Shown in pieces: positions 18,113-28,100 of a stretch of DNA of 64,000 bases. The stretch lies in NCBI GenBank assembly GCA_017503545.1, contig JAFVSW010000335.1, forward strand, positions 171 to 64,170, given 5' to 3'. Position 1 is the first letter of the stretch, and the number at the start of each line of letters is the position of its first letter. The notes under the pieces were generated by a model. That model saw nothing but the letters and a program-made list of their open reading frames with translations, did not search any database and was not told the DNA's origin. Both the position numbers and the translations under genes were made by a program. Source of the DNA: Lentisphaeria bacterium (lineage in GTDB: Bacteria > Verrucomicrobiota > Lentisphaeria > Victivallales > UBA1829).

Positions 18113-19085
18113 AAAGAGAGAGAAACTCATCAACTGATAATCCGTTGATGTATTGATGCAATTCAACAGATTCCAAACGCTGCCGGATCAATGCCGGATC
18201 ATGCGCCATACCACGCAGCACGTTTTCCAAATCCGCAACCGGGGATTCACCAAAAAAATCACCACGGATCGCCACTTGTTCCATATTGCCGCGGCGAACA
18301 TCCAGCAGGACTTCCACCGTACCCGCAGCGAACCGCTGTTTTTTCCGGAACGAAAAGAACGGGGAATTGCCGTAATTCCATTCATGGGTACGGTATTTTT
18401 CCTGAGCCAATCGTTCTGCCTGTTTCCGCAAATCCTCCGGGATCGGTGTCAATGCAGAAATGCCGGAATGTTGTAAAAGAGCCTGACACATGGCTTCCGT
18501 GAATTGATCCGAGGTCATACCCGGCAATGCCTCTTTCAGATTGGCTACGCGGGCACGGACCGATTTGATCCCCTTCCCCTGAATTTTATCCGGATCCGGC
18601 GTCAACACTTTGCCCAACACAGAAAGATCCGTATCAAAAAGCAAGGTACCATGAAAAAGCAATCTGCCATTGATTACCGTTTTGGCAGTTCCGGAAACTT
18701 TTTTGTCCTGATAAAGAATATCATTTCTGCCGGAAAACACACAATGCACCCCCAAAGATTCCAATGCAGCAAGAATGGGACGCGCAAAAACTTCAAAAGA
18801 AATTTCCGCATCCTCCGCCACATCCGCCATACAACTGTAATTCAAGTTGCCCAGATCGTGGTACACCGTGCCGCCGCCGGTATTGCGCCGGACAGCATGG
18901 ATATTCAAATCACGGAGGACTTCCGTATTGATTTCGGCAAGGGTATTCTGATTTCTTCCGATAATGACGGCATTATGATTACGCCATAAAAGAATACCCG
19001 GTCCTCGTAAAGACCGGGTCATACATTCTTCCAAAGCCAAATTATACGCAGGGTCCGTTACCGGATTCCAGTATAATTTCATCAT
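18105..19085 (-). CDS. lplA: Lipoate-protein ligase A
   Basis: DPAYNLALEE, IIGRNQN, RRNTGGGTVYHDLGNLNY, GRND, KVSGTA, HGTLL, KGIKSVRARV. Confidence 0.93.
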   Translation of the reverse strand: MMKLYWNPVTDPAYNLALEECMTRSLRGPGILLWRNHNAVIIGRNQNTLAEINTEVLRDLNIHAVRRNTGGGTVYHDLGNLNYSCMADVAEDAEISFEVFARPILAALESLGVHCVFSGRNDILYQDKKVSGTAKTVINGRLLFHGTLLFDTDLSVLGKVLTPDPDKIQGKGIKSVRARVANLKEALPGMTSDQFTEAMCQALLQHSGISALTPIPEDLRKQAERLAQEKYRTHEWNYGNSPFFSFRKKQRFAAGTVEVLLDVRRGNMEQVAIRGDFFGESPVADLENVLRGMAHDPALIRQRLESVELHQYINGLSVDEFLSLFI

Positions 19086-19089
19086 CGGC

Positions 19090-19788
19090 TCAATCCCTGT
19101 TGCTGCCGCCGAACACACCGGCACGGTAGAGATAATACAGCAGAGTCAACAGAGAAGATACGGCAGCTGCCACATAAGTCATAAAGGCGGCATTCAGGAC
19201 CTGTCCGGCATCGTCGCCTTCATCGGCAGAAACGATTCCGCAGGAAACCATCATGGTTTTTGCCCGGGCGGAAGCATTCCATTCCACAGGGAGTGTGACA
19301 ATGGAAAAAAGCACTGCCGCACTGAAGAGAATACATCCGAACAGGATCATCTGCTGACTTGCCATCAGGAATCCGATCAGGAGCACAATGTAAGAAATGG
19401 GCGAACAGAAATTCGTCAACGGAACCAATGCGGAACGCAGACCGAGCGCACCATATCCGGAAGCATGCTGCAAGGCATGTCCGGCTTCATGACATGCCAC
19501 CCCGATGGCAGAGAGACTCTGACTGCCGTAAACATCCGGAGAAAGCCGCAATGTTTTGGCAGTCGGATCGTAATGATCGGAAAGGAAACCGCCCACCTGT
19601 TCAATCCTGACATCATAAATACCATTTCTGTGGAGCATCCGTTCTGCGGCTTCCGCCCCGGTCAGCCCGGTAGAAGAACCGATTTCCGAATACTTCGCAA
19701 AAGTAGATTTTGTCATGGCGGATGCGATCAAAGAAAGAATCAATCCGGGCAAAGCAAAAATCAGATAGACAGGATCAATATAAAACAT
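19090..19788 (-). CDS. Neutral zinc metallopeptidase (YugP-like, membrane)
   Basis: LSDHYDP, HEAGHA zinc motif, TLPVEWNASARA, VLNAAFMTYVAA. Confidence 0.9.
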   Translation of the reverse strand: MFYIDPVYLIFALPGLILSLIASAMTKSTFAKYSEIGSSTGLTGAEAAERMLHRNGIYDVRIEQVGGFLSDHYDPTAKTLRLSPDVYGSQSLSAIGVACHEAGHALQHASGYGALGLRSALVPLTNFCSPISYIVLLIGFLMASQQMILFGCILFSAAVLFSIVTLPVEWNASARAKTMMVSCGIVSADEGDDAGQVLNAAFMTYVAAAVSSLLTLLYYLYRAGVFGGSNRD

Positions 19789-19819
19789 AGCGGGTGTTCT
19801 CCTTTTCCTTTATTCAGGA

Positions 19820-22783
19820 TCAGACACCGTCAAGTGTACTCTTGTAACTTGTGGCGATATCATCCAGTTTTACAGTATAAGTCTTGGTTGCGGAACGCAG
19901 AGAAAGTTCCTGTTTTTCCGTTGTCACCCCGACTTTGGCAAACGCGAAACCGGCAAGTGCTTTTTCCAGTTCGGCTTCTTTTTCCGGTGCGCAAGTCAGA
20001 ACAAAACGGCTGTTCGTTTCAGAGAACAGAAGTTCCTGAACAGAAAGTCCGCTTTCCGCCGGAATTGCATCCAGATCGATATCAAAACCGAGACGACCGC
20101 CCAATGCACTCTTGGCAAATGCAGCAGCAAGACCGCCCAATGCCGGTGTGATGATGGAGTGCGGAATATCACTCTTGATAATGTCAGCCAGAGTATGATA
20201 CAGTTTGGAAGCTGCGGCAGCATCCACTTTCGGAACGTTATTACCATGAGCATTGAGCATGTTGAAGTATTCACCACCGCCCAATTCCGCTTTGGTCGTA
20301 CCGATCACGTAAATGGAGTCACCGGCAAGTTTGGCATCCAGAGATACCGCATGGCGGATATCATCAATCTTACCGATCGTGCTGAACAGAACAGTCGGCG
20401 GAATGGAGATCTTGCGGCCGCCGCGGGTACTGTCGTTCTTCATGCTGTCTTTCCCGGAAATACAGGGACAGAGGAATGCTTTGGTGTAATCATACAATGC
20501 CTGGTTGGCACGGACGAGCTGCGCCATCTTGTATTCGCCGTCCGGAGTTTTTTCACTCTGAACCGGGTCAGGCCAGCAGAAGTTGTCCAAACCGGCAATG
20601 TGATCCGGATCCGCACCGGCTGCAACCGCACGGCGGATTGCCAGGTCGATACAGGATGCCATCATGTGATAGGTGTCGATATCGCTGTAACGGGGGAGAA
20701 TACCGGCAGCGAGAACGATCCCTTCGGTTCCGAGGGGTTCTGCCATATAGACCGTGGCATCGGATGCAACATCACGTTTCACACCGGTGTACGGTTTGAT
20801 TACGCTGAGACCTTTCACTTCGTGGTCATACTGACGTGCTTTGTATTCGCAGGAGCAGAGGTTGAGTCTGCCCATGAGTTCGACCAGGTCTTTTTCCACG
20901 TCACGATCTTTGAATTCCGGTTCATCAAAGTGCGGCGGGATCCATTTTGCTTTCAACTGAAGCTGCGGGAGACCTTCGTGCATGTATTCGATATCGAGAC
21001 AGCATACGGTCTTATCGCCCCAGGTCATATGGAATTTACCATTGTCAGTAAATTCACCCAGAACAGTTGCTTCCACATCGCGGCTGGCTGCCAGTGCAAG
21101 GAATTCATCCAGTTTTTCCGGCGGAACAGCAAAACTCATACGTTCCTGTGCTTCGGAAATCAGGATTTCCCACGGCTGCATACCGGAATATTTCAACGGC
21201 GCTTTCTTCAGGTCCATACGGCAGCCATTGCAGACAGATGCCATTTCCCCGACGGAGGAGGAAAGACCACCGGCACCGTTATCTGTAACAAAACGGTAGA
21301 GAAGACGGCTGCGGGCTTCGGAAAGGAAGTCGCTCATACGTTTCTGTGTGATCGGGTCACCGATCTGAACCGCCTGCACCGGACTGTCTTTATGCAATTC
21401 TTCACTGGAGAATGTTGCACCGTGAATACCATCTTTACCGATACGGCCGCCGGTCATCACAATGATGTCACCCGGTTTGATATCCTTTTCCCAGCCGTTC
21501 TGATCGCCGATCTTCCGGGGAATCGTACCGACAGTACCGCAATACACCAGCGGTTTACCGATATAACGTTCATCAAAGTATTCCCAGCCGATCGCATAAG
21601 GAATACCGCTCTGATTACCGCCGTCGATCACACCTTTGTGAACTCCGGAACGGAGACGGCGCGGATGGAGCAAGCCTTCCGGCACATCTTTTTTATCCGT
21701 AAACGGAGAACCGAGGCAATATCCCCAAACGTTCAAGAGAAGGTCGGCACCCATACCGGTACCCATCGGGTCACGGTTCACACCGACGATACCCGTCATA
21801 GCACCTCCATAGGGGTCAAGAGCGGAGGGAGAGTTGTGAGTTTCCGCTTTGTAAGCGACATCGAAACGATCATTGAAGCGGATCACACCGGCATTGTCCG
21901 TAAAGACGGAAACGAGCCAGTCGATCTGTTCGCCGATTTCTTTGGTACTTTTCTTGATGAAAGATTTGTACAGAGAAACGATGTGTTCTTTTTTCTGCGC
22001 GGGGACATCTTCATAATCCACTGCGGCAGCAAAGATTTTGTGTTTGCAGTGTTCAGACCAGGTCTGAGCAAGAACTTCCATTTCCACGTCGGTCGGATTC
22101 TTGCCGAGTCCGAACTGTTCACGGTCTTTGCAGTTGCGGAAGTAGTTCTGGATGGATTTCATTTCTTCCAGACTGAGAGCCCAAGTGGCTTTGTGAGAAA
22201 GTTTCACCAGCTCATCATCGGAGATTTCCAAGTCAAATTCACGGACTTCCCCTTCTTTGGTTGTGCCGATTTCCGGTTTATTCAACGGAATGGGGGCATT
22301 TTCCAATTCTGCACGGGTATATACTTTGATCGTTTCGATCAATTCGTTTGCCAAAAGGTCAAAACCGATCTGTTTCTGCTGTTCCGCAGTCAAATCACCT
22401 TTTACCAGATATTCCACAGAACTGAATACCTGTTCCGCTTTGGAAAGTTTTCTGCCGATGATATCACCCAATGCTTCATGAGCTGTACGGGCAACGTTGT
22501 CGGTTACACCGGGACGGTATCCGACGGCAATCAGGTAATCGAAATCGACAGCATCCACAGGAGTCTGCCCGACTACACCAGTCTGCGTGACAGGGTTTGC
22601 CAATTCAAAAGCAATACGCTCCGCCTGTTCCTGCGTGATATCAGCACAAACGGTGAACACATCTCTGGTACGGATGGATTCCACAGTCTGAATACCGAGG
22701 ATGTTCTTTATATCGCGGAGAACGGCTTCCGCGCGTGAGTCACGCCACTGGGGCTTACCGGCAATTTCGATACGATAGTCCAT
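19820..22783 (-). CDS. purL: Phosphoribosylformylglycinamidine synthase, synthetase subunit (no glutaminase domain)
   Basis: QTWSEHCKHKIF, KAETHNSPS, DGIHGATFSS, DNGAGG, SEAQERM, ISGKDS. Start placed at MDYRIEI. Confidence 0.93.
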   Translation of the reverse strand: MDYRIEIAGKPQWRDSRAEAVLRDIKNILGIQTVESIRTRDVFTVCADITQEQAERIAFELANPVTQTGVVGQTPVDAVDFDYLIAVGYRPGVTDNVARTAHEALGDIIGRKLSKAEQVFSSVEYLVKGDLTAEQQKQIGFDLLANELIETIKVYTRAELENAPIPLNKPEIGTTKEGEVREFDLEISDDELVKLSHKATWALSLEEMKSIQNYFRNCKDREQFGLGKNPTDVEMEVLAQTWSEHCKHKIFAAAVDYEDVPAQKKEHIVSLYKSFIKKSTKEIGEQIDWLVSVFTDNAGVIRFNDRFDVAYKAETHNSPSALDPYGGAMTGIVGVNRDPMGTGMGADLLLNVWGYCLGSPFTDKKDVPEGLLHPRRLRSGVHKGVIDGGNQSGIPYAIGWEYFDERYIGKPLVYCGTVGTIPRKIGDQNGWEKDIKPGDIIVMTGGRIGKDGIHGATFSSEELHKDSPVQAVQIGDPITQKRMSDFLSEARSRLLYRFVTDNGAGGLSSSVGEMASVCNGCRMDLKKAPLKYSGMQPWEILISEAQERMSFAVPPEKLDEFLALAASRDVEATVLGEFTDNGKFHMTWGDKTVCCLDIEYMHEGLPQLQLKAKWIPPHFDEPEFKDRDVEKDLVELMGRLNLCSCEYKARQYDHEVKGLSVIKPYTGVKRDVASDATVYMAEPLGTEGIVLAAGILPRYSDIDTYHMMASCIDLAIRRAVAAGADPDHIAGLDNFCWPDPVQSEKTPDGEYKMAQLVRANQALYDYTKAFLCPCISGKDSMKNDSTRGGRKISIPPTVLFSTIGKIDDIRHAVSLDAKLAGDSIYVIGTTKAELGGGEYFNMLNAHGNNVPKVDAAAASKLYHTLADIIKSDIPHSIITPALGGLAAAFAKSALGGRLGFDIDLDAIPAESGLSVQELLFSETNSRFVLTCAPEKEAELEKALAGFAFAKVGVTTEKQELSLRSATKTYTVKLDDIATSYKSTLDGV

Positions 22784-22825
22784 AAAAATTTCCTTTGCTT
22801 GAATTTTTACATGATTGTTCTCTAT

Positions 22826-22854
22826 AATATAGCAGAGGGTTTCGCAAATTTCAA
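22826..22854 (-). promoter_or_regulatory. Sigma70-like promoter of purL
   Basis: Minus strand TTGAAA-N17-TATATT. Confidence 0.6.
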
Positions 22855-23041
22855 TCTGACAAGGCAAGAAAATGCAAAAAACATGGGAAGAAAGCCGATC
22901 CAAGGAAAAATTTTCAGAAAAACTTGCGTTTTCATGAAAAATGAACTTGCATTTTTATACATTGTGGAGTAAATTCCGGCTTATGCGGAAAGTGTATCTT
23001 TCTATAATATTGATTTGTGATAACCTGTAACGCCGGAAGGA

Positions 23042-23893
23042 ATGGAAAAAATGATACATCCTACAGCTGTCGTATCTCCGAAAGCAGAAATCGGAAAAAA
23101 TGTGGAAATCGGTCCGTATGCCGTGATCGAAGATGATGTCAAAATCGGAGACGATTGTTATATTGATGCACATGTAAAAATTTGTCAGTATACCACGGTC
23201 GGCGCCCGATGCCGGATCTATTTCGGTGCATTGGTCGGCGCAGAACCCCAGGATCACCGCTTCTATCGCGGCTTGCGTTCTTTCTGCGAAATCGGATCCG
23301 ATACCGTGATCCGGGAATATGTCACCATTCACCGTCCCCCGTTTGAATTTCTGAAAACCGTGGTAGGTAATCATGTGCTGCTTATGGCGTTTGTCCATGT
23401 CGCGCATGACGTGATCATTGAAGATCATGTGACCATCGCCAATCATACCGCCATCACCGGTCACGTACACATCGGTGCGGGCGCAGTCCTCAGCGGTTAT
23501 ACCAAGATCCACCAGTTCTGCCGGATCGGTTCTCTGTGCATGATCGGTGCCGGATGCCTGATTTCTCAGGACGTTCCCCCGTTCTGTATGCTGCGTGAAA
23601 CCAACTTCATCACCGGTCCGAATACCATCGGCTTGCGCCGTGCCGGATTCAATAACGAACAGCGTCTGGCGATCCGCCGCGCGATCAAAACCTATTTCTT
23701 TGAAGGTTTGAATACAACGAATGCGTTGGAACAAATCGAACGCAGCGGCAACATCGGACCGGAAGTCCATGAATTCATGAACTTTATCAAAGCATCCAAA
23801 CGCGGCATCATGCCCGGCAACCCGAAATACACCGGAATGACCGATGAACAACGGGATGCAATGGAACAGGCTGCGACATCCCAGATGGGTTGA
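23042..23893 (+). CDS. lpxA: UDP-N-acetylglucosamine O-acyltransferase
   Basis: IHPTAVV, hexapeptide repeats, PQD, IREYVTIHR, HVAHD, HQFCRIG, DVPPF, N.IGLRRAGF. Confidence 0.93.
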   Translation: MEKMIHPTAVVSPKAEIGKNVEIGPYAVIEDDVKIGDDCYIDAHVKICQYTTVGARCRIYFGALVGAEPQDHRFYRGLRSFCEIGSDTVIREYVTIHRPPFEFLKTVVGNHVLLMAFVHVAHDVIIEDHVTIANHTAITGHVHIGAGAVLSGYTKIHQFCRIGSLCMIGAGCLISQDVPPFCMLRETNFITGPNTIGLRRAGFNNEQRLAIRRAIKTYFFEGLNTTNALEQIERSGNIGPEVHEFMNFIKASKRGIMPGNPKYTGMTDEQRDAMEQAATSQMG

Positions 23894-23941
23894 GTAAGAA
23901 ACGGAAAAAGGGAGAAAAAATATGAATTTTGAGGTACGAAA

Positions 23942-24166
23942 ATGGCATTTACATGCAAAAATGAAACGAACGATAAATTACAGAAACGTATACAGGCATG
24001 CCGCGATGCCGGAATGCAGGTAAAACGGAATTTTGCCGAAGGAACAGTAGTCGTGACCATGGAGGAAGAAATCGTTTTACGGGGGAAACGTGCTTCAATC
24101 AGTTCCTGGGATGTGGAATATAACGACGAATTCTGGAGCGAAGAACAGCGCGAACCGCAGGAGTAA
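23942..24166 (+). CDS. Small hypothetical protein
   Basis: RBS GAGG, 74 aa, co-directional within the run of genes. Confidence 0.65.
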   Translation: MAFTCKNETNDKLQKRIQACRDAGMQVKRNFAEGTVVVTMEEEIVLRGKRASISSWDVEYNDEFWSEEQREPQE

Positions 24167-24172
24167 AAAATT

Positions 24173-24505
24173 ATGGAGCTGTATAAAAGTAACCGGGCAA
24201 AATTGAGATCCGCCTCAACTTTGACTCCGTATCAGAAAACAAAAAAATGGATCACACAGAATGGTGTCATCACGGCTTTGACCATCCTTACATGCGCCTT
24301 GTGGTGTGGTCTTATGCTGTTCTTCAGCCAGTTGACTTTGTTCTTCGGCGGTCATTACTTTTTCCGTTTCTGGGATGAAGAAGAAGAAAATATCAATGCG
24401 TTCACCATTTATGATCACCCGATTGCTGTCGGAATCCGTATCGCCGGAATCATCCTGATCATCATCATCATGATCCGTAAACAGAAAAAAGGAGTAAAAC
24501 GGTGA
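24173..24505 (+). CDS. Hypothetical membrane protein (2 TM)
   Basis: Two hydrophobic segments; stop overlaps the next start. Confidence 0.65.
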   Translation: MELYKSNRAKLRSASTLTPYQKTKKWITQNGVITALTILTCALWCGLMLFFSQLTLFFGGHYFFRFWDEEEENINAFTIYDHPIAVGIRIAGIILIIIIMIRKQKKGVKR

Positions 24506-25092
24506 CCGATATGCGGAAAATCTTTTTATTCCTGCCCCTGCTTCTGTTGCTCTGCTCCTGCGCTGACGAAGCACATTATCCCGTCACGCTGCAGAAAAAA
24601 AGAAATTTCAACAAAAAGATCAATGCGTCTCTGGAACTTACCAGAGGCGCAGTCCGTCTGGATTATGTCGCAGGAAAAAGCGGGCAGAAAATCCTGTTCA
24701 TCCTCCGCAATACCGGGCTGTCCGCCGTCAATATCGATGAATGGTACATGAATGAGCCGGATAACATCCGTTTGTATTATGCCCGTTGCGAAAAAGGCAA
24801 ATCCTCTCAGCTGAAAGATTCCGATTTTGTCTGTTTCTGGCCGGGACCGGAGAAAAAAACAAAAAACACAAAAAACGGAAAAAACAAGCACTCCGGCAGA
24901 CGGATGCCTATGTGTCTGACTCCCAACTCTGCCACATTGATCGAAGCCCCCATGGAATTTCTCCGGACTTTCCCCTTGAATGGAAAACCGATCGTTACGA
25001 TCGCAGTCAAAGCAAAATTGAATCTGCGTTCTGTCGATGCGGAATCCCCCGTTTACGAAATCGATATCCGCCCTATCGTCATTCAGTTCTAA
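24502..25092 (+). CDS. Hypothetical lipoprotein
   Basis: MRKIFLFLPLLLLLCSC lipobox-like signal; true start may be the ATG at 24511. Confidence 0.7.
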   Translation: MTDMRKIFLFLPLLLLLCSCADEAHYPVTLQKKRNFNKKINASLELTRGAVRLDYVAGKSGQKILFILRNTGLSAVNIDEWYMNEPDNIRLYYARCEKGKSSQLKDSDFVCFWPGPEKKTKNTKNGKNKHSGRRMPMCLTPNSATLIEAPMEFLRTFPLNGKPIVTIAVKAKLNLRSVDAESPVYEIDIRPIVIQF

Positions 25093-25113
25093 CAGTTGTG
25101 TGAGGTTTTGCGT

Positions 25114-28100
25114 ATGCTGCCAAAAATCAGTCAATACCCGGAAACCGGCAAACATCTGCTCCGCTATTGCGGCGATACTCTGGAAATCCGGATGCGGTGT
25201 GACCGTAAGGTTACCGGTTCCGCCTATCTCAGTACCAATATCGGCAATGCCGTTCTCCGCCGCAGTGAAATCATTGCAGAAGCAGAACAGAATCTCCTTT
25301 CTGCAGGGCAGGATTGGGCGAATCTCCAGATGGAACAGGTGGATGATTTTACATTCCGGATTTGTCTGGCACTTCATGAACCCGGACATTTTGAGTGTAA
25401 AACATGTCTTATCACAGAAAAAGATCCCCAGCCGATATGGGCTCAGGGAGATAATCTGCATGTCAACGTCATTTCCGCTTCCTACTGTTGCGCAAACGGC
25501 ATATATTGCGCATTCCCGCGGCAATTCGGTATAAATCGTGAAAAACGGGAATCTTCCCTGCCCGATGGAATTTCCGCCGAAATGCAACAGAAATTTGATC
25601 AGAATAACTACAATGTGATCCCTCCGTCCGGTACGTTCCGGGATGTGATCCGGCAATTGGATCATATCATCGGCGATCTGAAATGCCGGATCCTTCATCT
25701 GCTCCCGGTCAATCCCACCCCCACGGTTTACGGCAGAATGGGCAGATACGGCAGTCCGTATGCCGCATTGGATTTCACGGCAGTCGATCCGGCATTGGCA
25801 GAATTCGACAGAGCCGCAACGCCGTTGGATCAATTTATGGAATTGGCGGATGCGGTTCACGGGCGCGGTGCGAAAATTTTTATTGATATTGCCATCAATC
25901 ATACCGGTTGGGCTTCCAAACTTCAGGAAGAACATCCGGAATGGTTCGTAAAAGAAGCAGATGGCAAAACAATTCACTCCCCCGGTGCCTGGGGAACCGT
26001 ATGGGAAGATTTGGCGGAATTGGACAGTCAACAGCGGGAATTGTGGCAATATCTGGCAAATGTATTCCTCATCTGGTGCAGCAGAGGGGTAGACGGATTC
26101 CGCTGTGATGCCGGATATATGATCCCGGAACGGGCATGGTCATATATTATCGCAAAAGTGCGGACGACTTATCCCGATACCATTTTTCTGCTGGAAGGCT
26201 TGGGCGGTGATCCGGCAGTGACATCATCCCTGCTCGACACCGGGAATATGGATTGGGCATATTCCGAATTATTCCAGAATTACAGCCGAAGCGAAGTGGA
26301 AGGCTATTTGCGTTACGCCTGGCGGCAATCGGCAGAAAATGGTGTGCTGGTCCATTATGCGGAAACGCATGACAATTCCCGTCTTGCTGCTGTCTCGCCG
26401 CAATATGCCAAAATGCGTACCGCCTTGTGTGCGCTGAGTTCCGTTTCCGGTTCCTTTGGATTCGCCAACGGCGTGGAATGGTTCGCAACAGAAAAAATCG
26501 ATGTGCATGAAAGCCGGGCGTTGAATTGGGGTGCGCCATTCAATCAGGTCGATCATATTGCCAGACTCAATGCCATTCTGGCTGTTCACCCTGCATTCCA
26601 TAACGGTGCCATGCTGCAAACACTGGATTCACGGTCCAATGATGGTGTGGTAATCCTCCGGGAAACCATGAATCCGCAGGGACATGTTCTGGTCTGTGTC
26701 AATCTGAATTGCAATGCGTCCGTCCGGATCGAATGGGATCCGGCATACATCAACGGAGGTTCCGCAGAGCAATATTGGGACTTGCTTTCCGGTAAAAAAT
26801 GTCATATCGCCGATACGCCGCAGCAATATAAATATTTAACGCTGCCTCCCGGTATGGTATACTGCCTGACTCCACAGAAAGAATATCTGGATAAAGTCAA
26901 TGCGTCCCTGCAAAATAAAAATGGGACAGTGGAACGTGTACGTATGCAGGAGGCATCCGCCATGGCGGCACGCATCCTTTGCAAAGTTTGTCATACAAAA
27001 GTAATTCCCGAAGAACCGGGGTTGACTCCCGGCGTATTACTGTTGCAATCGCCGGAACGTTTCCTCCGGGAAATCGTACAGAATACACGGGGCGCGATTC
27101 CTTTTGTTACGTGGAAATTCCCCGCCGACGCAAAACGCAGCGTCATGCTGCCGCCGGATCATTGTCTGCTGGTCAAAGCACCGGAACCGTTCCGCATGAC
27201 ATTGGGCAAAGCCGATTCCGTTATGATGCAATACGATGCCATCCGCAGTGACAACGGCACATATTTTGCTGTGATCCCCCCGCTGGAAGTCCCCCGGAAA
27301 CATACGCCATACATCATAAAACTGCGCAGTTCTTCCGGAAAAGGAAACGTACAATGTGTACAGGGAACCATTCTGCTGCTGGCGGAAGATACCCCGTTGG
27401 CTTGCGTATCTTATACCCGTCAGGAAATCTACCGGGCAAACCGGACATTTTTACAGGGCAACGGACGCGGCGCAATCATCTGTCAACCGATGGAACTGGG
27501 GCGTTTGGACAGCCGGTATGATGCCTTGCTGTTGGCAAATTTAAGCGATGAATACCCGGTTGACCGTCATATCATGCTCCGCCGTGTACGGATCTGGCTG
27601 ACTTATCAGGCCCGATTACAGGAATTGAAACACGACTATATTTCCTCTTTCCAAATGGGCAAAGACGGCAGCGGGATCTGGCATTATCAATGCCCGGTCG
27701 GCAATGGTTTGCTGGTCGGACTTTCGGTCAAAATGCAAATTATTTCCGGCAGAAATTCCATTCTGCTCACAATCACAAGAGAACCGTCAAACGGCAGTCC
27801 GAAACATCTGCCGGATGACAGTCTGATTCATTTCTCGGTCTATCCGGATATCGAAGACCGGAATTTCCATACGGAAACCAAGGCATCCGCCGGACCCGAA
27901 AAAGAATGGCAGGGGAAAATAAAATATCATGCTGCCGGATTTGAATTCGCTCCAGCAGAGGATCGGCGTTTGATGATGCAATCTTCCAAAGGCAGATTCA
28001 AAAATAAACCGGAATGGATTTATATGGTTTATCAGGCGGCGGAAGCCTCACGCGGATTGGATCCCTATTCCGATCTCTTTACTCCCGGCTGCTTCCGTTT

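Noticed and set aside
22784-22903. N-terminal extensions in the ORF track (purL; also 11075, 19124, 25096, 40422, 55642, 57712, 62632)
   Set aside because: They overlap promoters or neighbouring genes; downstream ATGs with an RBS or a family-typical start fit better.
24850-24890. A-rich 9-bp repeats in the lipoprotein gene and AAT repeats at the ftsW 5' end as phase-variation tracts
   Set aside because: They are short in-frame low-complexity Lys/Asn segments with no frameshift.
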